Part shown: positions 1 through 8,965 of the stretch, piece by piece
How positions within the stretch are numbered: the stretch's first letter is position 1
Layout: the number at the start of each line of letters is the position of its first letter
DNA from: Fibrobacter succinogenes subsp. succinogenes S85
GTDB taxonomy: Bacteria > Fibrobacterota > Fibrobacteria > Fibrobacterales > Fibrobacteraceae
NCBI RefSeq assembly: GCF_000146505.1
Contig: NC_017448.1
Span: 690,001-722,000 of the forward strand
Length of the DNA: 32,000 nucleotides
Reading direction: 5' to 3'
Notes under the pieces: generated by a model
Told to the model about the DNA's origin: nothing
The model's input: only the letters and a program-made list of their open reading frames with translations
Databases searched by the model: none
Made by a program: the position numbers and the translations under genes

Positions 1-375
1 ACACCTACATTCTGCAGGATCACCTTCAAAATTGATTTTTAGCGTATCAAGTACACGTTGGTTATTGAATACAATGTTTTCATAACCGCAAGTTCCAGCC
101 ATGTCCGGAATAACCACATGATATCCCGCATCGTCGGTAACCAAATAGGCTTTTGGATTTTCCACAGCCGTTTTCTTCAGGGCATCATTATATGAATAGT
201 CGAAACAACCCTTAAACGCGACAGATATATTGCGTGTGGAATCCAACGCGACTCCACCCCCTTGACCAGCGCCACCCCCAGCAGGCGGAACGGCAGCCGT
301 CACCGGATCATCACTACAGGCAACAAACATCAGTGCGGCAAACGCAGTGCAAGCAACAAACGAAAGCTTTTTCAT
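1..375 (-). CDS. putative lipoprotein, partial (C-terminus lies beyond the window edge)
   Basis: My own translation of the minus strand is open from ATG (375-373) to position 1 with no stop codon. The N-terminus MKKLSFVACTAFAALMFVAC/SDD is a signal peptide plus lipobox Cys. An AGGAGA SD (complement of 381-386) lies 5 nt upstream. It is absent from the ORF track only because it has no stop in the window. Confidence 0.6.
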   Translation of the reverse strand, partial: MKKLSFVACTAFAALMFVACSDDPVTAAVPPAGGGAGQGGGVALDSTRNISVAFKGCFDYSYNDALKKTAVENPKAYLVTDDAGYHVVIPDMAGTCGYENIVFNNQRVLDTLKINFEGDPAECRC

Positions 376-602
376 AATTTTCTCCTTTTAGGAAACCACC
401 AAGTTTTCTCATTCACAATATAACCATCCTGTTTTGCAAAGTCAATATTTCACGCAACAAAATATTTAAATTTTTAATATTTTAAACGTTTTTATAAAAA
501 ATTCCACAAAATAATTTTCTATATGCAACAAAGCGTTTGATATAGCGAAACACGGCTCCACCCCCTAGCCACCCGCCACTAAATTGCTAAATTTGGGGTA
601 CT

Positions 603-1487
603 ATGAGCTTAAAATTCGAAACCCCCATTACCGAAGTTCCGCTGTTCCACCAGGGTAAAGTACGTGACATGTACGACCTCGGCGACAGCTTCCTGATGGT
701 CGCTAGCGACCGTCTTTCCGCATTTGACGTGGTTCTCCCGACCCCGATTCCGGGCAAGGGCAAGATCCTGAACCAGCTTTCCCTTTTCTGGTTCAAGCAC
801 CTTGGCATGAAGAACCACCTCATCACCGCCGACGTGAATGAATATCCGGCAGTGCTCAAGAAGCACGCCGATTACCTCCGCGGCCGTTCCATGATCGTGA
901 AGAAGGCTAACCGCCATTCCGTGGAATGCATCGTGCGCGGATACATCGTCGGTTCTGGCTGGAAGGACTATCAGAAGACCGGCAAGATCTGCGGTCACGT
1001 TCTCCCGGAAGGTCTCCAGCTCTGCCAGAAGCTCGAAAAGCCGCTCTACACGCCGAGCACCAAGCCCGACGTTGGCCACGACGAAAACATCAGCTTCGAA
1101 CAGACTTTCGATATCGTTGGCGAAAAGGTCGCAACGACTCTCCGCGATATGTCCCTTGACATCTACACGAAGGCTCGCGACTACGCAGCCTCCAAGGGCA
1201 TCATCCTCGCCGACACCAAGTTCGAATTCGGTGAAATCGATGGCGAAACCATCCTCATCGACGAAGTGCTCACTCCGGATTCCAGCCGCTACTGGCCGGC
1301 AGACAAGTACCAGGTTGGCAAGAACCAGGAAAGCTTCGACAAGCAGTACGTCCGTGACTGGCTCGAAACTCTCGACTGGGGCAAGACCTACCCGGGTCCG
1401 GAAATTCCGCCTGAAGTCGTGAAGAACACGCTCGCCAAGTACGAAGAAATCTTCGTGCGCCTCACCGGCAAGCAGCCTGAATTGTAA
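603..1487 (+). CDS. purC: phosphoribosylaminoimidazole-succinocarboxamide (SAICAR) synthase
   Basis: The 294-aa ORF has GKVRDMY...ASDRLSAFD...ADTKFEFG motifs and a length typical of PurC. It is followed by a hairpin plus T-run. Confidence 0.93.
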   Translation: MSLKFETPITEVPLFHQGKVRDMYDLGDSFLMVASDRLSAFDVVLPTPIPGKGKILNQLSLFWFKHLGMKNHLITADVNEYPAVLKKHADYLRGRSMIVKKANRHSVECIVRGYIVGSGWKDYQKTGKICGHVLPEGLQLCQKLEKPLYTPSTKPDVGHDENISFEQTFDIVGEKVATTLRDMSLDIYTKARDYAASKGIILADTKFEFGEIDGETILIDEVLTPDSSRYWPADKYQVGKNQESFDKQYVRDWLETLDWGKTYPGPEIPPEVVKNTLAKYEEIFVRLTGKQPEL

Positions 1488-1508
1488 GAGACAAGTCTAT
1501 TTGCAAAA

Positions 1509-1538
1509 CGCGCAGACCTTCGGGCCTGCGTTTTTTTT
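1509..1538. terminator. rho-independent terminator between convergent purC and phosphatase genes
   Basis: The sequence cgcagacc-TTCG-ggcctgcg forms a stem with one mismatch and a UUCG-type loop, followed by T8 (1531-1538). A-rich sequence on the other side could serve the minus-strand gene. Confidence 0.7.
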
Positions 1539-1540
1539 AA

Positions 1541-2350
1541 TTATTCTAGGTAGTATTCCCGAAGCGCATCGATGGTCGCGGTGGGCACATGCATCCGCTG
1601 CGTGATGAAATTCAATAGCGAACCGTATTCCGCATTGATGCGTTTGAGCGGAATTTCTAAATACTCGCGCTTGACACTTACCAAGAAATGTAGAATGTCG
1701 AGCTGTTCGTCCGTCATTCCCGATTCACGACCTTTAGCAGTCATCGCCTCTAGCGGCTTGCGGTACGAGTTTTCGGATTCCGCATAATCATCTAAAATAG
1801 CGTTATCATCAGCACCGAGAGCGGCAAGCATCAAGGCTGAGCAAAAACCACAGCGGTCCTTGCCCGAAGTGCAATGCCACAAAACAGGCGCACCCTTTTG
1901 CGCACGAACCGTTTCAAAGACTTTCGCATACTGCGAGCTCGCATAATCGCTATCCACAAAGTAATTATAGAGTTTGTCCTTTAACGTATTTGCAATCGGA
2001 TGGCGGGCAATGCCAAAAAGGAATTCCATAAAGTCCACGCCCGTCGCAGGCACCACCTGGTCCTTGTTGAAAGCATCGCCATGCATGGAATCATCCAAAA
2101 CAGGAATCAAAGCGGAATCCATCCCATCAAGGAGCTTGTCCGGCTTTTGCATGTATTCAAAGTCGGAACGCAAATCAATCACCAGATGAACGCCAAAATC
2201 ATCACGCAGACGGTGCAAATCATGTTCCGTCGCTTTGGATAAATTGCTACTGCGAAAGAGCAAATTGTGCTTGACATGGGAACCGCCCGCAGGAATCCCG
2301 CCGAGCTGTCGCGCGTTATCAATCGATTCAAACTTTAAAACATTAGCCAT
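1541..2350 (-). CDS. protein-tyrosine/dual-specificity phosphatase family protein (CX5R)
   Basis: The 269-aa ORF has the active-site loop HCTSGKDRCG (C-x5-R P-loop). An AAGGGGAG SD lies upstream of the ATG at 2350. Confidence 0.75.
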   Translation of the reverse strand: MANVLKFESIDNARQLGGIPAGGSHVKHNLLFRSSNLSKATEHDLHRLRDDFGVHLVIDLRSDFEYMQKPDKLLDGMDSALIPVLDDSMHGDAFNKDQVVPATGVDFMEFLFGIARHPIANTLKDKLYNYFVDSDYASSQYAKVFETVRAQKGAPVLWHCTSGKDRCGFCSALMLAALGADDNAILDDYAESENSYRKPLEAMTAKGRESGMTDEQLDILHFLVSVKREYLEIPLKRINAEYGSLLNFITQRMHVPTATIDALREYYLE

Positions 2351-2376
2351 AAGCTCCCCTTCTTACCGCTCTAAAA

Positions 2377-3063
2377 TTATTTCTTTACGATTCTCAGAAC
2401 GCCCTGTTTGTTGAATTCAGGGGCATCCTTGGAGAAGAGCGTCTTCGTTTCTTGACGGAGCGTGTAGCGTTCGCCCTCGCCCCAGTCAATGACACTTCCA
2501 GACTTTGCCGGAACGCCATCACCAAACAAGCTATCTGCCGCCATCAAGAGAGCCTCTTCCGGGTCTTCAATCGTATTCGAGATGCACAAGTCCGGCAACG
2601 TAAACACAGCCAAACCAAGCGTATAAAGCGAGTCACCCGAATCAAGGATGTTAATCCACGGGTCCATCGGATAATCGCAATCGCCGAACTGTTCTTCAAA
2701 AGCCTTCGCAGTCCAGGCCGTGCCAGACTGTTGCATATAAACGCCCGCGGCCTTTGCGTTGAGGACCTTCAAAATGGCGGAATTCACCATTTCAACATCG
2801 TCCATCGTCTTGACATTTCCAAGCAAGAACAAGAGAGACTTGTGATCGACAATCGCCTTTTCTTCTTCTGCGGAAAGTTCATCACGTTCCTTAAAAATTT
2901 CCAAGAGGTCGGCTGATGCGCCCTGACGCACAACATTGAACTGCACGCTGCAACCAGGAATCATCAACGTCTTAGTATCAGCATTTACCTGAACCGTTTC
3001 GGTAATGGCAAACGGTTCATTGACCGCAACGGGAATCGGGAAAGCTAAAACGAACTGGTTCAT
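2377..3063 (-). CDS. hypothetical cytoplasmic protein, last gene of the glycosyltransferase operon
   Basis: The 228-aa ORF has no signal peptide. Its ATG overlaps the stop of the upstream glycosyltransferase (ATGA at 3060-3063), indicating translational coupling. I cannot name a motif for it. Confidence 0.6.
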   Translation of the reverse strand: MNQFVLAFPIPVAVNEPFAITETVQVNADTKTLMIPGCSVQFNVVRQGASADLLEIFKERDELSAEEEKAIVDHKSLLFLLGNVKTMDDVEMVNSAILKVLNAKAAGVYMQQSGTAWTAKAFEEQFGDCDYPMDPWINILDSGDSLYTLGLAVFTLPDLCISNTIEDPEEALLMAADSLFGDGVPAKSGSVIDWGEGERYTLRQETKTLFSKDAPEFNKQGVLRIVKK

Positions 3064-4301
3064 ATCAACCTCTCTTTAAATTTTCGAACAACATCTTCAA
3101 CCGCATCGTGAAGCAAATTTTGCTTTTCGACCTTCGGCATTTTCACGGACTTTTCGAAAGCGCTTGTGAGCGTTTCGGCAGAGAGTTCATCCGCCGGAAT
3201 TTCAACGGCATAGCCCGCCTTCGACAAATCGTGAGCGAGGACAATCTGTTCAAACTGTCCTGGCGTCGGTACAAAGATACATTTTGCGCCAAGTTCCGCC
3301 ATGTCCATCACCGTGCTGTAACCGCCTCGGCTCACCACAAAATCGGCTCGTTTCACAGCTTCTGCAAAATCGTTCGTCGCCAAATGCGTATGGAACTCGA
3401 TATTTCCTTCAGTCCACGTTTTTTGCTCCGCCGAAGGCTTCCCGAGAATCATCATGTGGCGCCCAGGAATCTGCGCCAATGCATCACGCAGCTGCTGTTC
3501 GAACTGCGTACGTGCAGGCTCCACCCCCGATACAACCGCCACGACCTTGTAGTTTGCGCGCATTTCAAAAGAGTGGTTTCCAGAAGTACGCTTTTCAGGA
3601 GCAGCGTCCCATTCTACATTCGCCGAGTGCGCCATAAACTCCGACATGCTCATCAAGTCCACCTCTCGTTCGAGGTCGACCGGCGCCGGCGCATTCCCAA
3701 GCGCGTTTCCATCATTCCCCATCTCCGAGAATCTCGAAAGCGTCCCGACGAAACGCATCGGCTTATCGCCTGGCGTCGCGCCCGAATGCGAAAGCGAGCC
3801 CGCATAGCCTGGATAAATTTCCAAATCCGGCACCCAGACTTCATCGAACTTGCGCATGATGTTCGCATGCCACATCACGCCAATGCGTTCAAACGCAGCA
3901 AAAGCCCGCGGGAACGCAATCCTGCGTTGGTGCGTCATGTAAATGCTAAGCGCCTTCTTGGAATAAAATGCGAATCGGTTGTCCGAAAACAGCACATCGT
4001 AGCCGTGGCGTTTTACCATCTCTTCGGCAAAGTGGTGTTCGTAACGCATCACGGCATTCAGGTGCATGCTGTTCTTGAGCAGCCAAAGCGCCATGTTGTA
4101 GCCGTGCTTCGGGTAGACAATGTTGTAGCTCGGCGCCAAGCGCTGTCGCAAATCCGGGAATACTTCACGGAAAAAATTGGCGTTCGCCTTGACTACCGCC
4201 AGTTCCACCTCGGCACCCGCCCGCAAGAATTCGCGGACAACAGGCACGCAACGAGTCGCATGCCCAAGTCCCCAATCAAGCGGCGCTACAAGGACTTTCA
4301 C
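3060..4301 (-). CDS. GT-B fold glycosyltransferase (MurG/UDP-glycosyltransferase-like)
   Basis: The 413-aa ORF starts VLVAPLDWGLGHATRC (Gly-rich loop plus His). The C-terminal half has SRGGYSTVMDMAELG, typical of GT1/GT28-like enzymes. Its GTG start overlaps the upstream stop (GTGA 4298-4301). Confidence 0.75.
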   Translation of the reverse strand: MKVLVAPLDWGLGHATRCVPVVREFLRAGAEVELAVVKANANFFREVFPDLRQRLAPSYNIVYPKHGYNMALWLLKNSMHLNAVMRYEHHFAEEMVKRHGYDVLFSDNRFAFYSKKALSIYMTHQRRIAFPRAFAAFERIGVMWHANIMRKFDEVWVPDLEIYPGYAGSLSHSGATPGDKPMRFVGTLSRFSEMGNDGNALGNAPAPVDLEREVDLMSMSEFMAHSANVEWDAAPEKRTSGNHSFEMRANYKVVAVVSGVEPARTQFEQQLRDALAQIPGRHMMILGKPSAEQKTWTEGNIEFHTHLATNDFAEAVKRADFVVSRGGYSTVMDMAELGAKCIFVPTPGQFEQIVLAHDLSKAGYAVEIPADELSAETLTSAFEKSVKMPKVEKQNLLHDAVEDVVRKFKERLI

Positions 4302-6838
4302 TTTTCAGCCTCAAGCCAGGCATGAGCCCAGTCGCCGTGGTCGCAGTCCTTGTCGTTGCCCATCAACACGCGCAAATTAATCGACTTTGCGCCCTTGATA
4401 TTGAGTCTCAGGCGTTCCTTGTCTGTCGTATAAAGTTTCTTGGAATGGTAAATTTCACGACCATCCGCTTCAACGGCAAAGTAGGCTCCATCGCCACAGG
4501 CACTTTCGTCATCAAGGCCAATGACCACGTTCAGCCAATCGTAACCGCGAGAAAGCGGGAATTCAATCGCCGAATTGGCATGACTACCGATACCATAGCG
4601 GAACGGTTCACCGTCAATCGTAATCTTGTGATGATCCACAGTCTCGTTCATCTGCGGTTCGCCCCATTCCTGGAAGAACTTGCCCATCTTGAGCTTCGAG
4701 AGGAGCGCCACATTTTCACCCTCGACAAAGAAGTCGCGGTACGTCACAAGCGTATCTTCGTCCGGCATGTAGCAGCTCAGCACAACGCGGTTCAAGCCCG
4801 CACGAATCTTGGCAGAATCGAGTTGCAGCGTGTCAGCGCTTTGCGACACGAGCATTTCGCCCTGGTCCTTGTCGTTCACCTTGTAATCGCAGGCAATCGA
4901 TTCCGGGAAGCGCTTGTTCACGACAATCATGCCGTTCGTTTCTTCGCTCACCATGAAGTTCTGCGCATAATGCGACACACCCTTCTTCGAGATAATCTTG
5001 TAAATAGCAAGGCCATAACCGAAAAGACGGGCTTCCATCAGCACGCGTTCGTTCTTGTAATCGCTCAGGATATCATCAATCTGGTCGGTCGTCTTGAAGC
5101 CCACCACACGGCTATTGCGATTCACCTTGCCGTAGCCATCCTGGCCGCGCACAAGATAAATATTGCCTCCAGACTTTTGCATCCATTCAGCAAACTTTTC
5201 GGTGCTCCAGCTCTTAAAGGAACTTTCGCTAAACGAAGTATGGCCCGATGCCAGCATCTGCCACGGTCTTGCGTAAATGAACACGGAATTCTTCGGATAC
5301 TTCGCCAGTTCCGTATTCAAGAAGTCTTCTTCGGCCAAGAGCTTGTTCTTGTAATAGAGCATGTTCGCCTTGTAGCTCGGGGCATGGTAAAGCATGAGCC
5401 CGATAGACAAAAGGCAAGCAAACCCCGCCACAATCTTTGCAGCAGCATCGCTCTTCATCTTCGTCGTAAACACGAGTGCATCGTAAAGGCCGAGCGCCAT
5501 CAAGAGCGCAAACAGCGGGAGCGCCACAAGCACATAGCGCTGGTTGATATCAATCGTAAACGTTCCAGACACGTTCAGGAGAATCACAAAAATCTGCACG
5601 CAGAACGTGATGCCCAAGATAAATCCGCGCACGTAACGGCGAGAGTAAATCATGCGGAACAGGAGCCAAACCGTTGCCAAAAGCAAAATCACGGTAAACG
5701 TCGTGTAGAACGGATTTTCCATGATACCGCCAAAAGCAGAATCCGGCTTGAGATTCATCATGACTTCGATGTTCGTCTTGAGGTTGAACCACAAGTTTTC
5801 AAAAGAGTGCGCCGCATGCGTACCACCCTGGAAGTCGTACCCACGATAAGCAGCCATCGTGTTGATCGAAGGCCAGCTCACTGCAATCACCGACGCCACA
5901 AAGGCTGGCAAACGGTACGGCTTTTCAAGGAAGTAACGGTAATAGTAAAGCGCAAACGGGATAAACGCAAATACAGTTTCCTGGCGGGTCTGCGCAAAGA
6001 ATCCAAGCAGCGGAACCGTCAAGAGGAAATGCTTCCACGTGACCTTGTTCGTCGGCACAAACGCGTACCACGCCATAAGCACTGCAAGCAAGAGGATGTA
6101 GAGGACTTCGGTCGATGCGGAGCGCGACTGCAACAGGTAAATCGGCATGCCGCCCAAGAACGCCGTCGCCGCAAGCGCAAGCTTATCGCTCTTGAACCAC
6201 TTGCTAAGCGCAAGGAAGAACGCAATCAAGCTCAAGATGTAGAACGGATAGTTCACCATCAGCGCAGAATCGCGATTCGGTTCCATGAAGTTGAACACAA
6301 GCGAATAGACAAAGCCTAGCGCCTTGCCCTTGAAGTTGTTCACTTCGGTCTTGCAATCGAGAACGCCATCTGTCCAGACGCCTTCGTTACAGACACCGCC
6401 CGTGTGCTGGAAATACATCTGGAGGCCCATCGATTCCCAGCTCGTCTCGTCACTCAAGACACGGTGCGTATTGCCGATGTTCCCGAAAATGAACACCGAG
6501 AACACGATGAGCAAAAGGGCTAGCCCACAAAAGCTCTTGCCACTCGGCAAGAACCCGCGCACATGTTTAGCCACAAACGGAGCATTGACAACAACACCCG
6601 CCACGAGCAACAGGAACGTGGCAAGAATCGAGTAATACCCCCACTGGATATCCCAATGGCGCGCATACGGCACGGATAAATTGTTAAAGATAAGGAAAGC
6701 AGCCACGAGCACGAACATCGTAACCGCCAACATGATATTCTGAGGTTTATCCCAATGAAGGGAATTCTTCCATTCCATAAAGGACTGACGCAAAGACTTA
6801 GACTTTACACCGTCCCTTCCTAACGTTTCTTTTTTCAT
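4298..6838 (-). CDS. GT-C (PMT/ArnT-like) integral-membrane glycosyltransferase fused to a C-terminal NPCBM-like carbohydrate-binding domain
   Basis: The 846-aa ORF has about 500 N-terminal residues with 10 or more hydrophobic helices. It carries a DE motif in the first loop (VLSDETSWE), as in GT39/GT83 enzymes. The last ~150 aa (GIGSHANSAIEFPL...VIGLDDESACGDG...DHGDWAHAWLE) fit the NPCBM/NEW2 pattern. Confidence 0.7.
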   Translation of the reverse strand: MKKETLGRDGVKSKSLRQSFMEWKNSLHWDKPQNIMLAVTMFVLVAAFLIFNNLSVPYARHWDIQWGYYSILATFLLLVAGVVVNAPFVAKHVRGFLPSGKSFCGLALLLIVFSVFIFGNIGNTHRVLSDETSWESMGLQMYFQHTGGVCNEGVWTDGVLDCKTEVNNFKGKALGFVYSLVFNFMEPNRDSALMVNYPFYILSLIAFFLALSKWFKSDKLALAATAFLGGMPIYLLQSRSASTEVLYILLLAVLMAWYAFVPTNKVTWKHFLLTVPLLGFFAQTRQETVFAFIPFALYYYRYFLEKPYRLPAFVASVIAVSWPSINTMAAYRGYDFQGGTHAAHSFENLWFNLKTNIEVMMNLKPDSAFGGIMENPFYTTFTVILLLATVWLLFRMIYSRRYVRGFILGITFCVQIFVILLNVSGTFTIDINQRYVLVALPLFALLMALGLYDALVFTTKMKSDAAAKIVAGFACLLSIGLMLYHAPSYKANMLYYKNKLLAEEDFLNTELAKYPKNSVFIYARPWQMLASGHTSFSESSFKSWSTEKFAEWMQKSGGNIYLVRGQDGYGKVNRNSRVVGFKTTDQIDDILSDYKNERVLMEARLFGYGLAIYKIISKKGVSHYAQNFMVSEETNGMIVVNKRFPESIACDYKVNDKDQGEMLVSQSADTLQLDSAKIRAGLNRVVLSCYMPDEDTLVTYRDFFVEGENVALLSKLKMGKFFQEWGEPQMNETVDHHKITIDGEPFRYGIGSHANSAIEFPLSRGYDWLNVVIGLDDESACGDGAYFAVEADGREIYHSKKLYTTDKERLRLNIKGAKSINLRVLMGNDKDCDHGDWAHAWLEAEK

Positions 6839-7043
6839 AGTGCGTTAAATATAACTTTTATACGCAAAGACCGAACACGACAAGGAGAATTTTAGACCAA
6901 AACACCCTACGAGAAGCCTATATGCAACAGATGCAACAAAATCTTTTCGGCACATGGGATTTATCGCCTTTTTGGAGCATTTTCGGACTTATTTTGTATA
7001 TATTTATAGGAGTGTGAGCCCCATAGGGCGTGAGGAGTTAAAA

Positions 7044-7694
7044 ATGTTTTACAAACATTGGAAAAAGATTTCACTTGCACTTACCGGATTTTTCTGGGCC
7101 AGTTGCGATAGCGGCACAACCACGGAACCTCCTCTTTATGGAGCCCCTCCACAATATTCCAGAAGTTCAGAAATACAAAACTCAAGCTCCAGCAGCGAAG
7201 ATAAAATATCAAGCAGTTCCGAACCATTGCCTATGCCCGCCTACGGCGTGCCGCAAATGGATTGCGAAGTCACCTCCGAAAGCGATTTAACGGTCACTTG
7301 CGAAAACGGATATACCTGCACAGCCAAAACAGATACAGTCCATGTTTCCGCCCCTGCATGTGAAACATTTAACGGCACAACAATATGCCCCGCTTACGGT
7401 GTAGACGCAGATGTCTTTATAAAAAAATACGAATGCAACGACGGCTTCACCTACGACGATACAGAATTCAAAAAAATCTACAAGACGCTTTCCTGCACAT
7501 TTAAAGGCAGCGAAATTGAAAACACAGTTCCTCCAAAAGCATATCACGACTATGAATGCAATGATGGGGCTTTCTGTTATTCCGAACAAGGAACTGAAAA
7601 AACAACCTTCAATTGCATCGACACACAAGGCAACGAAATAACTTACACCGAAGACGAATTTAAAGCAATGTACAATGTAAAGGAACCAGAATGA
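7044..7694 (+). CDS. Cys-rich lipoprotein, paralog A of the radical-SAM-associated trio
   Basis: I chose the internal ATG at 7044 with a GAGGAG SD at 7032-7037. The track ORF begins at 6954 but has no signal peptide there. The leader MFYKHWKKISLALTGFFWASC is followed by a Ser-rich linker, 10 Cys, YGAP/YGVP/YGVD motifs and two ECNDG modules. Confidence 0.8.
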   Translation: MFYKHWKKISLALTGFFWASCDSGTTTEPPLYGAPPQYSRSSEIQNSSSSSEDKISSSSEPLPMPAYGVPQMDCEVTSESDLTVTCENGYTCTAKTDTVHVSAPACETFNGTTICPAYGVDADVFIKKYECNDGFTYDDTEFKKIYKTLSCTFKGSEIENTVPPKAYHDYECNDGAFCYSEQGTEKTTFNCIDTQGNEITYTEDEFKAMYNVKEPE

Positions 7695-8545
7695 ACATTC
7701 GTAAGCATTGGAAAAATCTTTTACTCACGACCACCGCCTTTTTCTGGGCGGGGTGTAATGGCGATAGCGTCACGGAATCAGGTTGCCCATGCTACAACGG
7801 TTCTGGGATAAGTTCCGAAGCATCAAGTTCCAGCGAAAGCGTTGAGAGCTCTAGTTCTAGCGAAGCCGTTGCATCATCAAGTTCCGAGTCGGCAAGCTCC
7901 AGTAGCGCAAACGGATCCAGTTCCAGCGAAGTGACATGCGCGCCAGGTGATTCGCTCGTATCGTATTACCCGCCGAGCTATTCAGCCGATATTGCCAAGA
8001 TGAACGCTGAAGAAAAAGCAAAGCACGCAAGCGTTAGCAAAATCGACAGCATTTCAAATACATTGCAAACGGTTCCGCAATGTCTCGCCGATTTGCGCCA
8101 GGAACTCAACATGTTTGTTGCGCTATACGGCGCCCCGATGAAGTTCAACAAAAACGAAGTTTGCAGCGATGGCACCACCCGCCCCACACAGGAATACCTT
8201 GATTACCTGAAAATGAAAGAGGAATGGGAAAGGAACAAACCCGCACTTGACGCAGAATGCCAAAAGATTTACGAAGACAAGTTGAAAGAAATCGAGCAGA
8301 CCATCAAAGAATGCATTGCAACATCAAACCCCAACACGGATTTGACCGTTTGCGATTTTGACGCCATGTGCCCCGAATACGGTGTAGATTCAAAATGCAC
8401 TTACAAATACACCTGCAATGACGGAGTCACCTGCCGCAGAACCGAAGGCGAAACCAATATGGTTTGCACCGACAAGCAAGGCGAAAAAACAACCTACACA
8501 AAAAAAGATTTCGACAAGAAATATTACACCAAAGAAAATTATTAG
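7691..8545 (+). CDS. Cys-rich lipoprotein, paralog B (long Ser/Glu-rich linker)
   Basis: The ATG overlaps the stop of A (ATGA 7691-7694). The leader is MNIRKHWKNLLLTTTAFFWAGC. A ~45-aa Ser/Glu low-complexity linker follows. The C-terminus has a CPEYGVD...YTCNDGVTC...TDKQGEKTTYTKKDF module homologous to the C-terminus of A. Confidence 0.85.
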   Translation: MNIRKHWKNLLLTTTAFFWAGCNGDSVTESGCPCYNGSGISSEASSSSESVESSSSSEAVASSSSESASSSSANGSSSSEVTCAPGDSLVSYYPPSYSADIAKMNAEEKAKHASVSKIDSISNTLQTVPQCLADLRQELNMFVALYGAPMKFNKNEVCSDGTTRPTQEYLDYLKMKEEWERNKPALDAECQKIYEDKLKEIEQTIKECIATSNPNTDLTVCDFDAMCPEYGVDSKCTYKYTCNDGVTCRRTEGETNMVCTDKQGEKTTYTKKDFDKKYYTKENY

Positions 8546-8560
8546 TTTTACCACCTAATC

Positions 8561-8965
8561 ATGTTATACAAACACTGGAAAAAATTTTTTCTTTCGGTAC
8601 TCGCACTTTTCTGGAGCGGGTGTGAAAACGAGGACGACGCAGTCGCTAGTTATGGATGTTTCCCGACCCAATGCTACAACACTACGGCCACAAACGATTT
8701 AGGAGAAGTCTTTGATATCATCGAATGCGATGATGGATACAAATACCTAAGACAATCGGGGATTTATTACGAACATCCAGAATTGCAAGAAAAATTACCT
8801 GAGGGCGTTGAAGCAATAACTCCTCCAGCAGGTTCTTGTGGAGCAAGTAACTGCACAAACAAAGGTCCTGATTACTGCTACAAGGAATCTAAAAAAACAT
8901 TAGAAGGTACGACGCAAGAATACGAAGTTTGCGTCCCCTCCATCGACTGCCCTGAGAAACACTAA
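8561..8965 (+). CDS. Cys-rich lipoprotein, paralog C (short form)
   Basis: The 134-aa ORF has the leader MLYKHWKKFFLSVLALFWSGC, a YGCFP motif 11 aa after the lipobox Cys, an ECDDG module and 8 further Cys. Confidence 0.8.
   Translation: MLYKHWKKFFLSVLALFWSGCENEDDAVASYGCFPTQCYNTTATNDLGEVFDIIECDDGYKYLRQSGIYYEHPELQEKLPEGVEAITPPAGSCGASNCTNKGPDYCYKESKKTLEGTTQEYEVCVPSIDCPEKH

Noticed and set aside
519-530. The 12-mer CTATATGCAACA is shared by two divergent promoter regions (519-530 and 6918-6929)
   Set aside because: A single 12-mer match between a few kb of intergenic DNA is only marginally above chance, and I found no third copy. I note it as a possible promoter word but it is not supportable.
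376-602. Riboswitch (purine/ZTP) or operator upstream of purC, and an AT-rich inverted repeat AAAATATT-N9-AATATTTT at 459-483
   Set aside because: I could not recognise purine or ZTP riboswitch core sequences by eye. An 8-bp AT-only inverted repeat in very AT-rich promoter DNA is weak evidence.
3108-6319. Very long plus-strand ORFs (3108-4325 of 405 aa; 4322-6319 of 665 aa) antisense to the glycosyltransferase genes
   Set aside because: Their translations are Arg/His-rich low-complexity sequence with no motifs. They exactly shadow minus-strand genes that have clear family signatures and coupled start/stop overlaps. These are typical antisense shadow ORFs.
6954-7043. N-terminal extensions of track ORFs: 6954 for lipoprotein A, 11479 for the LysM lipoprotein, 23495 for the Zn-ribbon protein, 18587 for mglA and 27051 for Smr
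   Set aside because: Internal ATGs give canonical signal peptides or family N-termini and have SD sequences at correct spacing. The extensions run through promoter or intergenic sequence or the preceding gene.
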